From: Gnetum montanum
Lineage: Eukaryota > Plantae > Gnetophyta
Length of the DNA: 64,000 nucleotides
Direction: 5' to 3'
Assembly (NCBI GenBank): GCA_015680685.1
Contig: MNCI01002748.1
Coordinates: 317,617 to 381,616 of the forward strand
Shown here: positions 13,872 through 27,598 of the stretch, one piece after another
Position numbering within the stretch: the stretch's first letter is position 1
How the letters are laid out: each line of letters starts with the position of its first letter
Program-made: the position numbers and the translations under genes
The notes under the pieces: model-generated
Database searches by the model: none
Seen by the model: the letters and a program-made list of their open reading frames with translations, nothing else
What the model was told of the DNA's origin: nothing

Positions 13872-14710
13872 TGATAAATCACTCAATGGGCTATGTGGAT
13901 GGGAATGTGTCAACGCAACCCTACCAATGCATCCCCATCAATGTATGATTAGATGCATCAATGTAGGTCCATCAACATAATGTTTTTCTTTGCCTATATA
14001 AATGCATGTACCCACCGCATTTATGGCATGTTAATTCCATAGCATAGCCAAAGTCTTGCAATTTTCTTAGTTGAGAGGTAAAATATTTTCTGAGTGCCCA
14101 TAGTAGGATTTAAAGATTGTATAGTTCTTTATTCAAGCATCTTATACTTAAACACATTAATGTCACTAGTAATAAAGATAAGATTATTAACATTCATTGC
14201 AGTACTTGTGATAGATTAATGTTTCCTTTTATGCACTTTATTACTTATGCATTTTTACATTAATGTCTTTGATTAATTAATTCGTTTAATAACAATGCAT
14301 AAGTATGATCACTTTGAACATATTGCTTAGCGCTAGGAATCCCAGTAGTGGCTATTTGGTATGCCCAACAATAGGCACGTGGTAACCCAGTAGTGTTCAA
14401 GCAAGTTCAAGATGCAAATGGAAAGTGGGCTTGAATGCTTATGCTAGGATAGCTAGATTAAGGTACTAGACAGTTAAGTAATAATCCTTAATCATTTCTC
14501 TTATTTAAATTTATATTAAATAAAATAAAATAAAAACACAAATAAAAATCATATGCCTTGGCTTACACTTAACCATACACTTGTTATCTTAAGTCATTAT
14601 CTTTGCTCATCAATGTACTTAGGAACTAAAGTCCATGGAATTTGACCAAATTACTACTACAGCGATTGTGATTCATATGATTGGACATAGAGACTACTCA
14701 CTGCTCATTA
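13872..14710 (+). repeat. 3' LTR of element A
   Basis: TGATAA...CTCATTA ends directly after the PPT. U3 catcaatg repeats and TATA (cctatataaatg). Similar to the LTRs of element C. Confidence 0.9.
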
Positions 14711-16744
14711 GTTATAAAGATAAAAACTTTAAAAGACATCTCCAAAATTATTGGGCTTTTTCTTTAGACTCTTTCTTCGATTTATGTGATGTGATTTAAT
14801 TTTTTTAATAATATTATTTATTTTTTGAAAGTTTGAAATCCCTTCTAGGATTAAGGAACATTTTACATAGGTATTTCATATGTAATATATTACACCTATC
14901 TTGCAAGGGATCGCAACATTATGCATGAGGTTTTGTAGTTGTTCCAGAAGGGATTTTAGTGTAAGTAGTTAGATGCATATGCTATTGTTGTGTTAATCCT
15001 ATAAGGGATTGAAACATATGTGTATTAATTATTTATTATTTTATTATTTATCTATTAAATATATAAAAAATATAAAATTATAAAATTTCAAAAATATTAT
15101 CTCTTTTACCATTACAACATAGGTTTCTTCTCTTAGAACATATATACTATAATATTTTTATTTATTGAACATAATGATATACACAAGTAAAATCTTTAAT
15201 TCACATTTCTATCATCTTAGATATTTACGAATAGTTCAATATGCATGTCATTAATAGATCTTTTATTATCCTTGTTAGGAGGACCTCTATCAATGATATC
15301 ATTACCAAGAAAGACATAAGACATCTATGGATTGTCTATTTCTTCACTATGCATACCATTAATCGACCTTTTGTAGTCTTGGATAGGAGGATCTCTATCA
15401 ATCATATCATTGCTAGGAAAGGCATCTATCAATTATTTATTTTAATTGTATATTTAGAAAATTTTATTTTCTCAATTGTTAATTTTGTAGGAAATAGAGG
15501 ATTGAAGTAATCATGGCTGAATTTAACAATGAGAATGGATTAAAGAATAATCCTCTATTGGTCAAAGTTACCTTCAAAGACATGGTGAATGAAGCACCAC
15601 TTACTGCTATGATGAAATTTCATTATGAAAAATTTGGACAATGGCATGATGTACATGGACTAATTTGTAATGCGCCTAGAGAAGCTACATCTACGATCTT
15701 TGAGGAGGCTTTATCCAATTAATACTTCATCAAGGATTTAATAGATTATGAACCTATGTTTTCCTAATAATCAAGGTATGTTGCTCATGAGAAGCAAGAG
15801 ATGTGTGATATGATTATGGAGAAATACTAAAGTGCATACATGCTGAGAAGTAAGTAGTACCTTCTCCTAGAGACTTTCATTTCTACAATATGAATGATCC
15901 TAGGGAAAGGAGATCAATGCATCTTTGTCTATGGACATGAACTACACTTGTAGTAACCCAAAGAAGTTAATCATTCCACATTTGTCTTACCTTCATTTAT
16001 ATGAAGGTGTTAATTATTTGAATGTATCATTGTTTTCATGTACATACCAAGGTAAAAATCATGAAGTGGTTTGCATTCCATATAAAAGTATTGAGAAGAG
16101 TAGAATTTAAGGGAATTTTGAGCAATGAAAGAATTACTTGGTTATCTTGACTTCACAAAGAATAAGATAATATAATTTATATTTTTAGAAATATTAGAAA
16201 GTTCTCTACAATTTGAAAAAATAAGGTACTAAAAAAGATACATAGAGATTATATTATGTCCTTTCTAATCTATTAGAAATTGTGGCAATGATGGTAGTGA
16301 AAATTTGAGAGATGATAACTCAAATGTCTTAAGTTTTTAAGGATAAAACTTTAATGAAGCCTTTCCAAAGACATTAGCTTTCAAATAAATCTAACATCAC
16401 ATAAAATTGTTATGTGATGACAGATATATGATCTAATCATTGACTTTCATTTATTCTAGTAAGAATTGAGGATTCAAAAAATCTACTAAACTATAGAGCT
16501 AAATTCTCTTAGAAAATAATATANATCTAGAATCAATAAAAATGTTATGAAATAATTAAGAAATAATCGAAATAGAGAATTTTTTCAATTCAAGCTATTC
16601 AACTTCCAAATTTGAGTAAATAATGATGAATGATGTTAATGTATGTTAATGAATTGATGAAGATTGATCAATTGATGATGAAATAGTCAAATTCTTATTG
16701 AAATTATATTGATAATTCTATGATACAAATTTCCAAGATATGCC

Positions 16745-16748
<4 letters not shown>

Positions 16749-16776
<28 letters not shown>
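16749..16776. repeat. (AT)n microsatellite
   Basis: Direct run of AT dinucleotides. Confidence 0.95.
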
Positions 16777-16779
<3 letters not shown>

Positions 16780-17049
16780 ACAATTGGGACAAAGTTTACT
16801 AAAAATAATACAATATAGTCCCAATGGAAAAAAACTTAAAAATTATATATATATGGATTGGGTCCAAAATAATATTATAACTACTCATCAATATGGAAAT
16901 TTTCTATATTTTATTAAAATAAATTGCTATATAATAAAAATAAAAAATTATTGTCTTTTTTTTAAACACCAACAATCCATTCTTAAAGTGGAAGATAATC
17001 TTTATTCTTCATCTTTGCTTTCTACTTTCTTTATCATGCTTTGAATTCT

Positions 17050-19695
17050 TATAGATTCATTCAAGCACTCGATCCTACAAGACAAAAGATTTTCTATTAG
17101 AAAGTTAGTAAGTTGCTATTTTAAACTAGTGTGAATTGGTTTAATGGTTTCTTCTTTCACTCATTACTTGATGAAATAATATTTGATGTCGATGTGTTTG
17201 GATTTTTTGTGATGCACATAGTCTTAGGATAGTTGAATTGTTGTTGTATTTTCATAATACAAATTTTTAGGAAGATCAACTTCAAATCCTAAGTGTGAGA
17301 GAAGTTTATTTAGCCTAACTATGTGTTGAAGGCATTTGGCCATGGCAATAAATTTTGCTTCACAAGTGGATAAGCTGATGAATGGTTTTTTTTCCTTTAA
17401 TTTCTTGTATATTGGATTTTTTCCATGCATAATGAGAGCTCTTGATGTGGAATTTTTATGATCTCCTACCCAATTAGCATTTGAATATGCATGAAGCTTA
17501 TTGTCTTCTTTACTAAATTGAATCCAAAATTTGCAAGTTTCTTTTACATACTTGAGAAGATGCACAAATGCTTGCATGTGAGATTATCTTGGCTATTTGA
17601 TGAATCTATATAAGTATGATGTTACATATTTTAAATTTATTCTAGTATGGTAGAGAAACCAAAGTGATCTAATCATGATTCTATACATGATTGTATCTAT
17701 GAGAGTTTTATCTTTTCTTGCTAACTTCAAATTTCATTCTTTAGATTGAAATTTTTAATGATATAATTTGCCTATTTGATTTGATAAATCTTCATTTCCT
17801 TCTTATCCTAGTTCACTTCAATTCCTAAGTAGTTGTATTCTCTGATCTAGGGACATCTCTTTTGATTCCCTCATTATTTCATACACATATATTTTGTAGT
17901 TTCAAGCTATGTAGAGACATCTTAGAGGTTAAGGAGATTTCTTGCCTAGAAGTGGAGTCTTTATAGAAGGCATCTTAAGTCTGGTAGAAGACATCTTGGA
18001 TTTTGAGAAGATGTCTTAACAAACATAGAACACATCTCGAGAAAGATATCTTGTTCTATAAGAGACATCTTTTCCATTGAGGAGATGTCTCCTAACAGTA
18101 GCATATGTCTTCCTTGAAAGTTTAGTTTTTCCAAAAGATCATCTAAGAAGGCCAAAGATGACCTATACAACCAGGAAACTTTCGAAATTAGCTATTCCAA
18201 TTCAAAAAATAGTAGAAGAAGGTAAGAAAGAATGGACAAAAGTGGAGGATCTTCAAGTAGAGCTTGAGGAATGTTTTCTTTGATTTTTCTTATCTTGTTT
18301 TCTTAATAAATCTATGGTATTTCATGTGTGTGGATAGACCAAGAGTAAGAGGAGAAGTCTTGGTAAGAGCTATTAAGTTCAAAAGAGCTTGGTAAGAGTA
18401 TGATAGAGCACATCGAGTGAGTACAGGTGTGGTTGTAGGTCCAATATCAATATGTTTGGATTGGCCTATGTGTTCTTGTTTCTTGTTTACTTATCTAAAC
18501 TAAATCTCAGTCTTTGCTTATGAAAGAGATTTTCCATTGGTTGTGTCTTGAATTGAGAACAACCATTCTCTAGTTGTAGAGCCTCCTACTTTGCAGCATC
18601 ATTTACATGTTTTTAGAAGTTTTGTATGTTTTGTGGGTTTTGAAAACCCTATTGTAATCTTATAATTAAATAATTGAAGATAGCTAGTTTTCTTATTTTC
18701 TAGAAAATTAATTATCTTTTCATAATATCTAGAGTTAGTGTTGGAAGGTGATTAGTTATATGAGTGAACCTGCTCAATTATCCAAGTTCCTTCACTTCAA
18801 ATTTAGTTTTTATGTCAATCTTGGAATCATCTACTAGTCTTTTATTGGAAACAATAAAGATAATGTGATATGATAATGAATTCATTTCTATCCTTCTTGA
18901 AATATAGTATTGGTTCAAACATGCAACTTTGACAATTCTTTGCATTGAGATAGTCATTAATTGTTTGGAACCATGCCCTGGGTACTTGCTTTAGGCCATA
19001 TAGAGCTCTTTTGAGTTTGCATACTTTGTTCTCCTTTTCTTTGATAACATAACCTTTAGGCTTATATATGTATACTTCTTGTTTGATGTATTTGTTTAGA
19101 AATGTTAAGTTGACATCCATTGGTTGAATATTTAAATGTTTATGTACTGCTATGGAGAGAATGAGCTTGATGATTTTAAATTTGGCCATTGATGCAAAGA
19201 TTTCTTCATAGTCAATGTGTTTCTTTTGTTCAAATCCTCTTACCACAAGTCTTCCTTTGTATATCGTGACTTCTCCTTTCTTATTGTACTTTGTTTTATA
19301 CAATCACTCAAAATCAATAATCTTTCCATTTTTTTGGTTTATGCACTAAATCCCATGTGTTATTTCTTAGGATGTCATTGTATTATTTGTCCAAGACTTC
19401 TTACTACACTTTTAATCTCATGGCTTCATTGACATTGGTTAGTTCACTTGAAACAACTGAATATGCCATATTTGTAATATTGTGAAATCTTGTAGTTCTT
19501 CTTTCAAAATTTTTGTCTTTTATTTAAGTGTGAGGATGGTCTCTTTGAATCCAAGATTTTGAACTTTGATGTGTTTAAAGTTTCTTATTTTTTTAAAAAA
19601 AAATCACTTGTACCAAACTTTGTCTCATCAAATATAACATCTCTTAAAATATGTCATTTCTAATTCATTGTGTAATAGCACCTATATCCACTACT
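17050..19695 (-). mobile_element. Decayed Ty1/Copia pol fragment (post-integrase region, RT, RNase H), interrupted by an insertion
   Basis: RT YKGRLVVRGFEQKKHIDYEEIFA..MDV..FLN..VCKLKRALYGLKQVPRAW (18842-19303). RNase H AYSNANWVGD..ISLSTCEAKFIA (17224-17577). GYRCY motif at ~19680. INT-RT-RH order is Copia-type. Confidence 0.92.
17834..18770 (+). mobile_element. Probable LTR plus decayed tRNA-Met PBS of an unrelated retroelement inserted in the Copia RT
   Basis: Splits the RT motif FEVKELG*LS|NYLGIEV. TG at 17834 and CA at 18721-18722, followed by taatatctagag (resembles TGGTATCAGAG). Contains ~20-bp-spaced AGA(C/T)(A/G)TCT motifs. No clean TSD. Confidence 0.55.
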
Positions 19696-19699
19696 ATAA

Positions 19700-22600
19700 A
19701 GAATAGAAGATACAAAGAATAAAAAAATGTAAAGAGAAACAGGAAAAAAATATAAAAGAATGAAAATATAGCAAAGAATTTAGAAAAAACAAAAGAAAAT
19801 CATAAGTCCTAAGAATTACAAGTACTCCCTCACAATTATCATTGAAATAGGAAACATAGAAGATTGAATGGGATTTCTCTTTAGTGAAGGTAATGGTGGA
19901 CTCTACAAGTAGTTCAAAGTTATTGAATGGTTTAACCTATTGGATAATGAAAAAAATAAGTTTCCATGGATTGTCAAGGTGAGATTTACATGGCATCAAA
20001 TTGATATGTAACATAGATGATTTAAGATCCTTCCTATAATGTTTGAAATTTACCCCACTGTGTCACATGATTTGGATTGTAATATAGGACTCTATCATTT
20101 GGTCTAATAAAAACATATTGAATCCTAATGTCATGTTGAAATTTAATGTACTTCTTATAGACCTAGTTGAACATTTGAGTTATTAATCTATTTTCATCCA
20201 ATAGGTTAAGATTCATTAATCATTCTTTTTGGGTAAAATCTAAATTTATATATAGGGAATAGTCAATGATTAGGGTGTGAATCTTGGCTTGAACTAGAAA
20301 AGTAGATAACTTACCATATGATGAATACCCTATAAAAAGTTTCCAAGTTGAGTGATATGCCCAGAGGGAATTGTTTAGTTTAGTACTTTAGTCCTTCCTA
20401 TACCTACTAATAGTTCAAGTCAAAATTTGTGTGATTTAAATATTAGTTACTTTAGCCTATCCATTCACTTGGGGATGATGTGGTATTATTAATTTATGGT
20501 TAACCCCAAGATGTTGAATTAATTATTTAAATGTAGCCCTAGTGAAGTATGTTCTATTACCTAAAATCATTGCTTATGGTATGTTGAATTTGTTCATCAC
20601 ATGTTTTTGAAAGAGCTTGACTATTGTTATTGATGTAAAATTCTTTACTACAATGTCTTGTGTCCATTTTTTACAATAGTTGATCACTTTAATTATGTAT
20701 AAATTCTTATTCAACATTAGTATAATGGAACCCATGAAATTAATTTTCCACTATTATGGTCCATCATTCCAAGCTATCATCACTCCATCTTTCAGGCATT
20801 TTTTACAAGATTTTGCAAAGAGATATTTATTCCTTAATATAATAGGCTAAAAGTAAACCACCATTAGGAGTTTTATGGTTGTACTTCATCCTATGTAATG
20901 GCCACCATCAATCCTTCATGTGATGGTCATTACATAGGATGAATAATAACCATCAAATTAGTTCATCAACACAAATCTTGTAGAGATTACCCTAAATCTT
21001 AATGAACTTTTTTACTTTGTGAAAGAACTATTACTTTTTTTTTTATCCCATTCAGTAGGAACTATTTTTGACATGAGATAATTCATATAATCAATTAACT
21101 AGGAATTTATTATTAAATCTACAATCGTTGTAGACTTTATGATTAATAATTCATTAGAAAATAGGTCTCATACTAGTTCTTCATAATTTTTTGGTTCCTA
21201 TCTTAATCTTAATAAGTGACCAGTAACCATATTTTCTATGTTTTTTTCTATCAATCATAGTGATTTTGAAGTTCTATAAGATCACATGCCATCTTATTAT
21301 CCTTGGACTTACCACTGGTTTATTCATAAAAACCTAACTGTACTATGGTTAGTCTGGATATTTACAAGATAACCAAGCACATAGTGTCAAACTTTTTCTA
21401 GTTCATACACCACATCCATCAACTCCTTTTCTATAGTGGTGTATTTAATTTGTGCTTTAGTAATACTATGACTGGCATAGTGAATATAGTAACATCTTTT
21501 TCAATCATCTAGCTAAGTAAGCACTACTCCTAATGCATAGTTGGAAGCATCCATCATAATGTGAAAAGATCATAACCAATATGGAGCTTTTAATATTGGA
21601 GCTTTGATTAAGTTTTTCAGGCTCTCAAATATATTTTCATACTCCTCTAACCAAATGAATGATATGCCTTTCTTTGTTAGTTCCACTAGTGATTTTTTTT
21701 TAATTTTGGAAAATTCTCAATAAATATTTGATAGTATCTTCCATGACCAAGAAAGTATTTAGCATCTTTAATAATTTTTGATCATTGGATGAGGCTTTCT
21801 ATGAGTCTTATTTTATCAAGATCCACCTCAATTCCTTTCTATGAAACTTTAGGATCCATAACGATTCCATCCTAAACTAGCAAGTGGCCCCTTTTTAAAT
21901 TAGGCTTTAAATTTATCTTTGCAAATATTTTTAGAAGATACTCTAAATAGTCTAGAGCTTGCCCAAAGTTAAGCCCATGAGCAAAGAAATCATTCATAAA
22001 TACTTCAACTTCATTATCAATCTACTTTTAAAAATACAAAGGACAAGTCTTTGGAATATTGCAAGAGCAATTGCAAAGACCAAATGACATTTATCTATAG
22101 GTGAAAGCTTCCCAAGGACTTGTGAATGTGAATGTTTTCTTGTTCTTCTAGTATGATACAGATTTTATTGTATCCATTATAATCATCTAGAAGGCTATAA
22201 TACTGGTGTCTTGCTATAGAATCTAGGACTTGATCAACAAATGGTAAAGGAAAATGGCATTTGAACATTACCATATTTAATAGTCATAAATCTATATAGA
22301 TCTTCAACTTGCCATCATATTTTGAAACAATGACCAATGGACTGGTCCATTTACTATTTGGATTAGGTAGATGAATATTGCCTTAACTAACTTTTTTAAT
22401 TCTTTCTTAACTACCTCTTTAACCTTTGAATTCAATATTTGGTAAGGCTAATGGCATGGCTTGATGACTAGATATGCATAAATGCAATGTTGATAAATAC
22501 ATGGATCTATGTCTATTATTTCATCATAAGATCTTGTAAGAGTTTTTAGTTATTTATTTACAATCTTAAGTAGTTTATGCTTTTGTCTTATATCAAATAT

Positions 22601-25600
22601 TAGCATTGATAATTACTAGTTTTTCATTATTCAAAAATGCATATTCTAGTATTCCTAGTAGTGTCTTGAGTTCTAAGGATTTTTGTTCAAACCTATCATA
22701 AATTTCTAGCTTTCTCAATTCAATGTTTTCTTCTTGTTGAAACTCTAAGTGGAAAAATACCTTCTTAGTTATTTGACCTTATATTTTTCTTTAACATAGG
22801 TGCTTGTGATTCTTATAACTAGTCCCATGAACATATCTAATTGGACTCTACCTCATTAATAATCCATTAGGTGCCTTCTTGTTGGGTGGTTACTACATAT
22901 AGACAATACTACCTACACATGTCTTCTACACATACTTTGCATGCTGGGATGCTACCTCTTCTTGTTGTCCACACTTTCACATGCAATTGCACTAAATATC
23001 ATTTTATGCAATGCATGAAACTCTTTATCTTTATACAACTCCTTTATCATATTCCTTAGAAATATCCAACAACAAATTTCCTATTCCTATCTTAGCATTG
23101 ATTATGCTAAACCATGTCTTTCCCATGATGATAAGGAATGTTCCTTTATTCTTTTCCATGTGAATGACTAAGACATGTATAGGATATGTTCAATCACTAA
23201 TAGGAGTCACAATGTCCTCTACTTTTTCAAGTGGAATAGTAATAAACTAGTCTGCAAGCTCTAATATGATATTACATTTCTTTAATAAAGGTGGATTCCA
23301 AGCCTTATACATGTCTTGCAAAATAAGATTTATCCTTGTTCCTGAATCTAGTAGAGCTTTACATGGTGTATTTCCTACTATTTAGAGATAGATTAAAGGA
23401 CTTCTTGGATCTATTCATTTCTTGAAGAGTTCTTCTACTTTGATCTAGTAACTCACTATTTGTATGGACATGAAAGTTATAAGATTTTTTTATAATGTTG
23501 ATTGAAGCATGATACTTGCATGGGAACCTAGTATAGGTGGAATAGGATTAGGTGGGTTTCTATCATTTGAGCATTTTCCACACTCATTCTAAAGAAAGGA
23601 TGTTTCTTTAATTTTGGTTCACAAATGTTTGTATTATTCTCATCTTGTGTACTAACTACCCTTGTCTTTTTCTATGATTGTGTTGGTAGTTCTCTTTGTA
23701 TAACTAGTGGTGGTACTAGTGGAAATGGATTATGAGCTAGATGAAAGTAAGTTGTAGTTAGATGTATCATGTAACATGATGATTCTACATGTGGGCTTAT
23801 AGCCTTGTGATACTCTATGGATAGTAGTGAGAGGAAGGATGAACTAAGGTATCACTTGGAGATACTAGTTGTTAGAGGTAGTACCCATAGGGATATGGTT
23901 ATTGGTAAGGATATTGGTGTCTTAATAGCAGCATTTCTCATGACTATGGTTGTTACCAATGCTACCGATACCACTCTTATGACTAAGAATGAGTCCCACT
24001 ATGATAGTACTATTATTGATAAGGTTTTTTGAAATTACCTTGTAGATGGGTTATAATAGGATAATATTTCTTGAGATGTTGATATTGGCATACATCGCAT
24101 CCATTTCTTCTTCATAGATTGATATCATAACCTCTTCTATCATAGCAAATTTTCCTTCATTCTTATACTTATCATATCCACTATTCTTCATCTTCTTATC
24201 TTTGTTTTTGGAGAATGGTTGTTCACTCTTCTCTTATACTATCTTTATTGCAATTGCAAATTTTTCATCAACTAAGTCCAGCATCTTTTTAACTTTGGAT
24301 GCAATGTCATTAATAGATTTTTGTATGGATAAATTTTTTTAAAATCACATCTTTCATTGATTCCTCATCTTATGTTTCACAAATTCTCACATTTTTCTTC
24401 CTAATGGAAGGGTCCTTATTATATTCTTTAGTTAACTTTCTCTTCCTTAATTGATCTTCTTCCTTAGCAACCTCATCCAATAACCCTTGTATGAAATGAG
24501 TTGTCATTTATCATAATCTTTCTTAGGTGTATACACCAAGGGTATCTCTTATCTTGTTTAACTAATTAATTATTGTCTTAGCTACTGCCTTTGTAAAAAT
24601 ACATGTCCAATACATCTATGTAAGAGTGAATAACAACTACTCTTAACTACTTCAAGGGATCAATGGTTCCTTGTTTACATCCTTGGATTTGCTTTCTTAG
24701 ATTTAACACTCTGGAATAGGTTTGGTACTTATTATTGAATAATTCTAACATTATGTCCCATCTTCAAATTGATTTTAGTTTTAATGATCTATACCAACTC
24801 TCTAACTCTTTAATGAGTGTTCTTGGAAACAATTTTAATTTCTATTAATCATTCTCAATATTTTGTAGGCATGGGCATCATAGAAATCTTAAAGGTGGTG
24901 TTGCACATCTACATTATATCCTCCTTTAAATTTTGAAATGTTATTCATATCAAGTCATTTGATATGACTATTCCTCTAATGCCATGTAGGAATGTACATT
25001 ACTTCTTTGATGTTAATCATGCTTCTAGTGGCTAACAAGGGTTCATCATATTCTTTAGGTTCATTATATCTATTGTAGTAGTGACTCCTTTAATGCTCTT
25101 CATGGTATCATCTTCTATGCCTTTCTTCTATTTTTTACTCTTCTTCATCTTCATCTTCATCAAGATATCTTTCTCATTTTGATCGTTCATTACAATTCCT
25201 TCTTCTTTCTTTGTCATGATTCCTTAGCAAAGTCATTTCTCTATATCTTCATTCAATTCTATCATAATCAATTGATGAATATGATGCAAAGGATGATGGA
25301 ATTGGAGAGAGATGTTAGATTACTCTCCTTCTTTAGCCCCTTGATTCATCTCTTTTTGACCTACTAGAGGCCCTAGGCCCTGAGTCCCTCTTTATTCTAA
25401 GGTATTATCATCCCTTCCATGAATTTTTGCTAAGGTAGAATATAACTTCTATCATCTCATGTCTTACTTACATAGAATATGTGATCAAGAATTGGATCAA
25501 TGATGATGGTAATACTTTTTAACTTCATAGTTTGTATCTACTTTTTCAAAAATTGTAATTATCTAAGGTGTTCTTTTGTCTTTTTCTTGCTTATATCTAA

Positions 25601-26315
25601 ATTCCATTATTGCATCTCTTTGAACTTGAGCTTTAGTTGGCTGATATGGCCTTATCATATTTTTGGTGACATGATAGCCTTCATGAACATGCCCAAAACC
25701 ATCTTAAATTAATGTTCTTGAAGCATTAAGAGTGTAGAAAAATCTGGTGGTATAACAATATTATCCTATAAGTTTCTTGATCCAAATTGTTTATTTTGAT
25801 AAAAGATAAAAGTGAAATCTAGATAGTATGGATCAATATGAGCATAAGAGATTCTTTTCTACATTGGTCCACTCTAGTTCTCTTTAATGTAGTTTCTATC
25901 ATTACTATTATTAAGATCAATAGTAGGTGGAAACTTATCTATTAGTTTGTTTTCTTAAACTTAGCGATCATTCTAAGTGCCCATAATATAGTAAACGATA
26001 GTTGTCTAGCATCTTTATTTGAGTGAATTATTCTTGGATACAATTCATGCATGGAAATAAAGATCAAGATTATTCTTTGCCATTGTATCATCTCACTTAG
26101 AATAGATTTACATTTGGACAAATGTAATTTACCATACTATGGTCACTCACAACTATCACTGAGTTCAAGAAAACAAACTAGTGAAGTTTCATTCAATGTT
26201 GACTAAAGGTTAATTTGGCATGACGTCAAACTTATATTTATAGGCATGACAATGGCCCACTACATTGCATCTATGATATCATATCTACAACATCATAGAT
26301 ATGATATTGCAACCA
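19700..26315 (-). mobile_element. Truncated, heavily decayed Athila-like element D (partial 5' LTR, gag, pol, diverged spacer; no extra ORF or 3' LTR seen)
   Basis: The reverse complement aligns with A/B/C: gag ~23450-25450, protease ~23100-23400, RT ~21800-22500 (HFPLPFVDQVLD at ~22225-22260), RNase H ~21200-21600, integrase ~20560-21000. LTR U3/R-like sequence with TATA at ~25990-26315. Confidence 0.85.
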
Positions 26316-26339
26316 TTTACAAAAAAGCTTTTTATCATC

Positions 26340-26924
26340 TATGAATAGTAATAAAAACATATATTGTTTTCTTGCATTTTAACTTGGATTAGATTTAGTT
26401 TCATGCATTTACTATCCAATATTTATTTACTACTTTCCTAGCATAGTATTGAAATTTCCATGTACTTTAACCATATTGGAATGAGTGTGACATGATAGCA
26501 AGCATTAAACTCACATTAGCTTGGAATTTCTAATGATGATATACTTAGCACACCTAGTGGTGTAGTAGTTTTCTAATCCCAATTGTTAATGTGAATACCC
26601 AAGAATGTGATGAAAAGTCATGGGACAAACACTCATTGATGTAGGCTATATTAGGACTTACTTTCTATTATTAGTTAATTATATTATAAAAATTTTCTAT
26701 ATAGATTAGAGATATGAGCTATACGACATCATTGATCATATATTTTGGTTATGTTTAACCATACATTGAAAGGCTACTACATATGTAACCAAGAAGATAG
26801 AAACCTACAATCAATCCATGCTACTCATAGACATATAACCAATCCCTTCCATAGATTATAAAATGATCTATCATGATGTTTGTAGATCATATGGTTGGAC
26901 ATTGAACATACTCACTACTCATTA
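26340..26924 (+). repeat. Partial LTR (R-U5 half) of the same family
   Basis: Ends catatggttggacattgaacatactcactactcatta like the other LTR 3' ends. Contains the taaccatac motif. No PBS follows. 5' boundary approximate. Confidence 0.7.
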
Positions 26925-27598
26925 ATTGATAGGAAAAAAATTTATGGCCAAAAGTGCAATGAAGGTAGGGAGGAAGCAAAAATTAAAATAACTAATTTTA
27001 TCAAGTGATGGTGCTATTTTCTCTCTAAGCACAAAAATTTTATTTCATATTCACTCATGATATATATATACACTCACACATATTCTTGCTATCATAGCAA
27101 TCATCATCTCAATTTCTTCTATGCATTATCCTAATTTCATCTCCTTCTCTTAGTTTCAACTGTGTTTATTTTGTTTCTTCAATTTTTTGTTTATGTTTAG
27201 TTTGTGTATTTATCCTCCTAACCTACTATCTATACTTTTTAAACATGGTTTTTCATGTTGAGTTTGAAAATTATTTTTAATATAAAAATATTTTTCATAT
27301 GTATATTTGGTTTGAAACGATATTGAAGTCTAATGCATGTGGGTTTTAAGGTTTGATATAGTTTCTACAAGTAGAAAATGGAAATTTGAACTATTGAGAT
27401 GAAATACAAATACCTTATATAAAATATTTTATTTTATTTAGTTTATGCTTATATATTTATGATTAATTTGTTTTTATGGTAAAATCATGGCAACAATAGT
27501 AAAACATTGATTTAACAATACTAAAGATATTTCTCTTCATGAACATTTACAATAAATATAATAACACAATGAAATGAAAGTATGCTTTACAAAATTTT

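Larger units (their letters stand above)
2951..14710 (+). mobile_element. Decayed Athila-like Ty3/Gypsy element A (5' LTR outside the window)
   Basis: Order gag-AP-RT-RH-INT, spacer, extra ORF, PPT (tagttgtgggggta, 13858-13871), LTR. Colinear with copies B and C. Confidence 0.93.
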
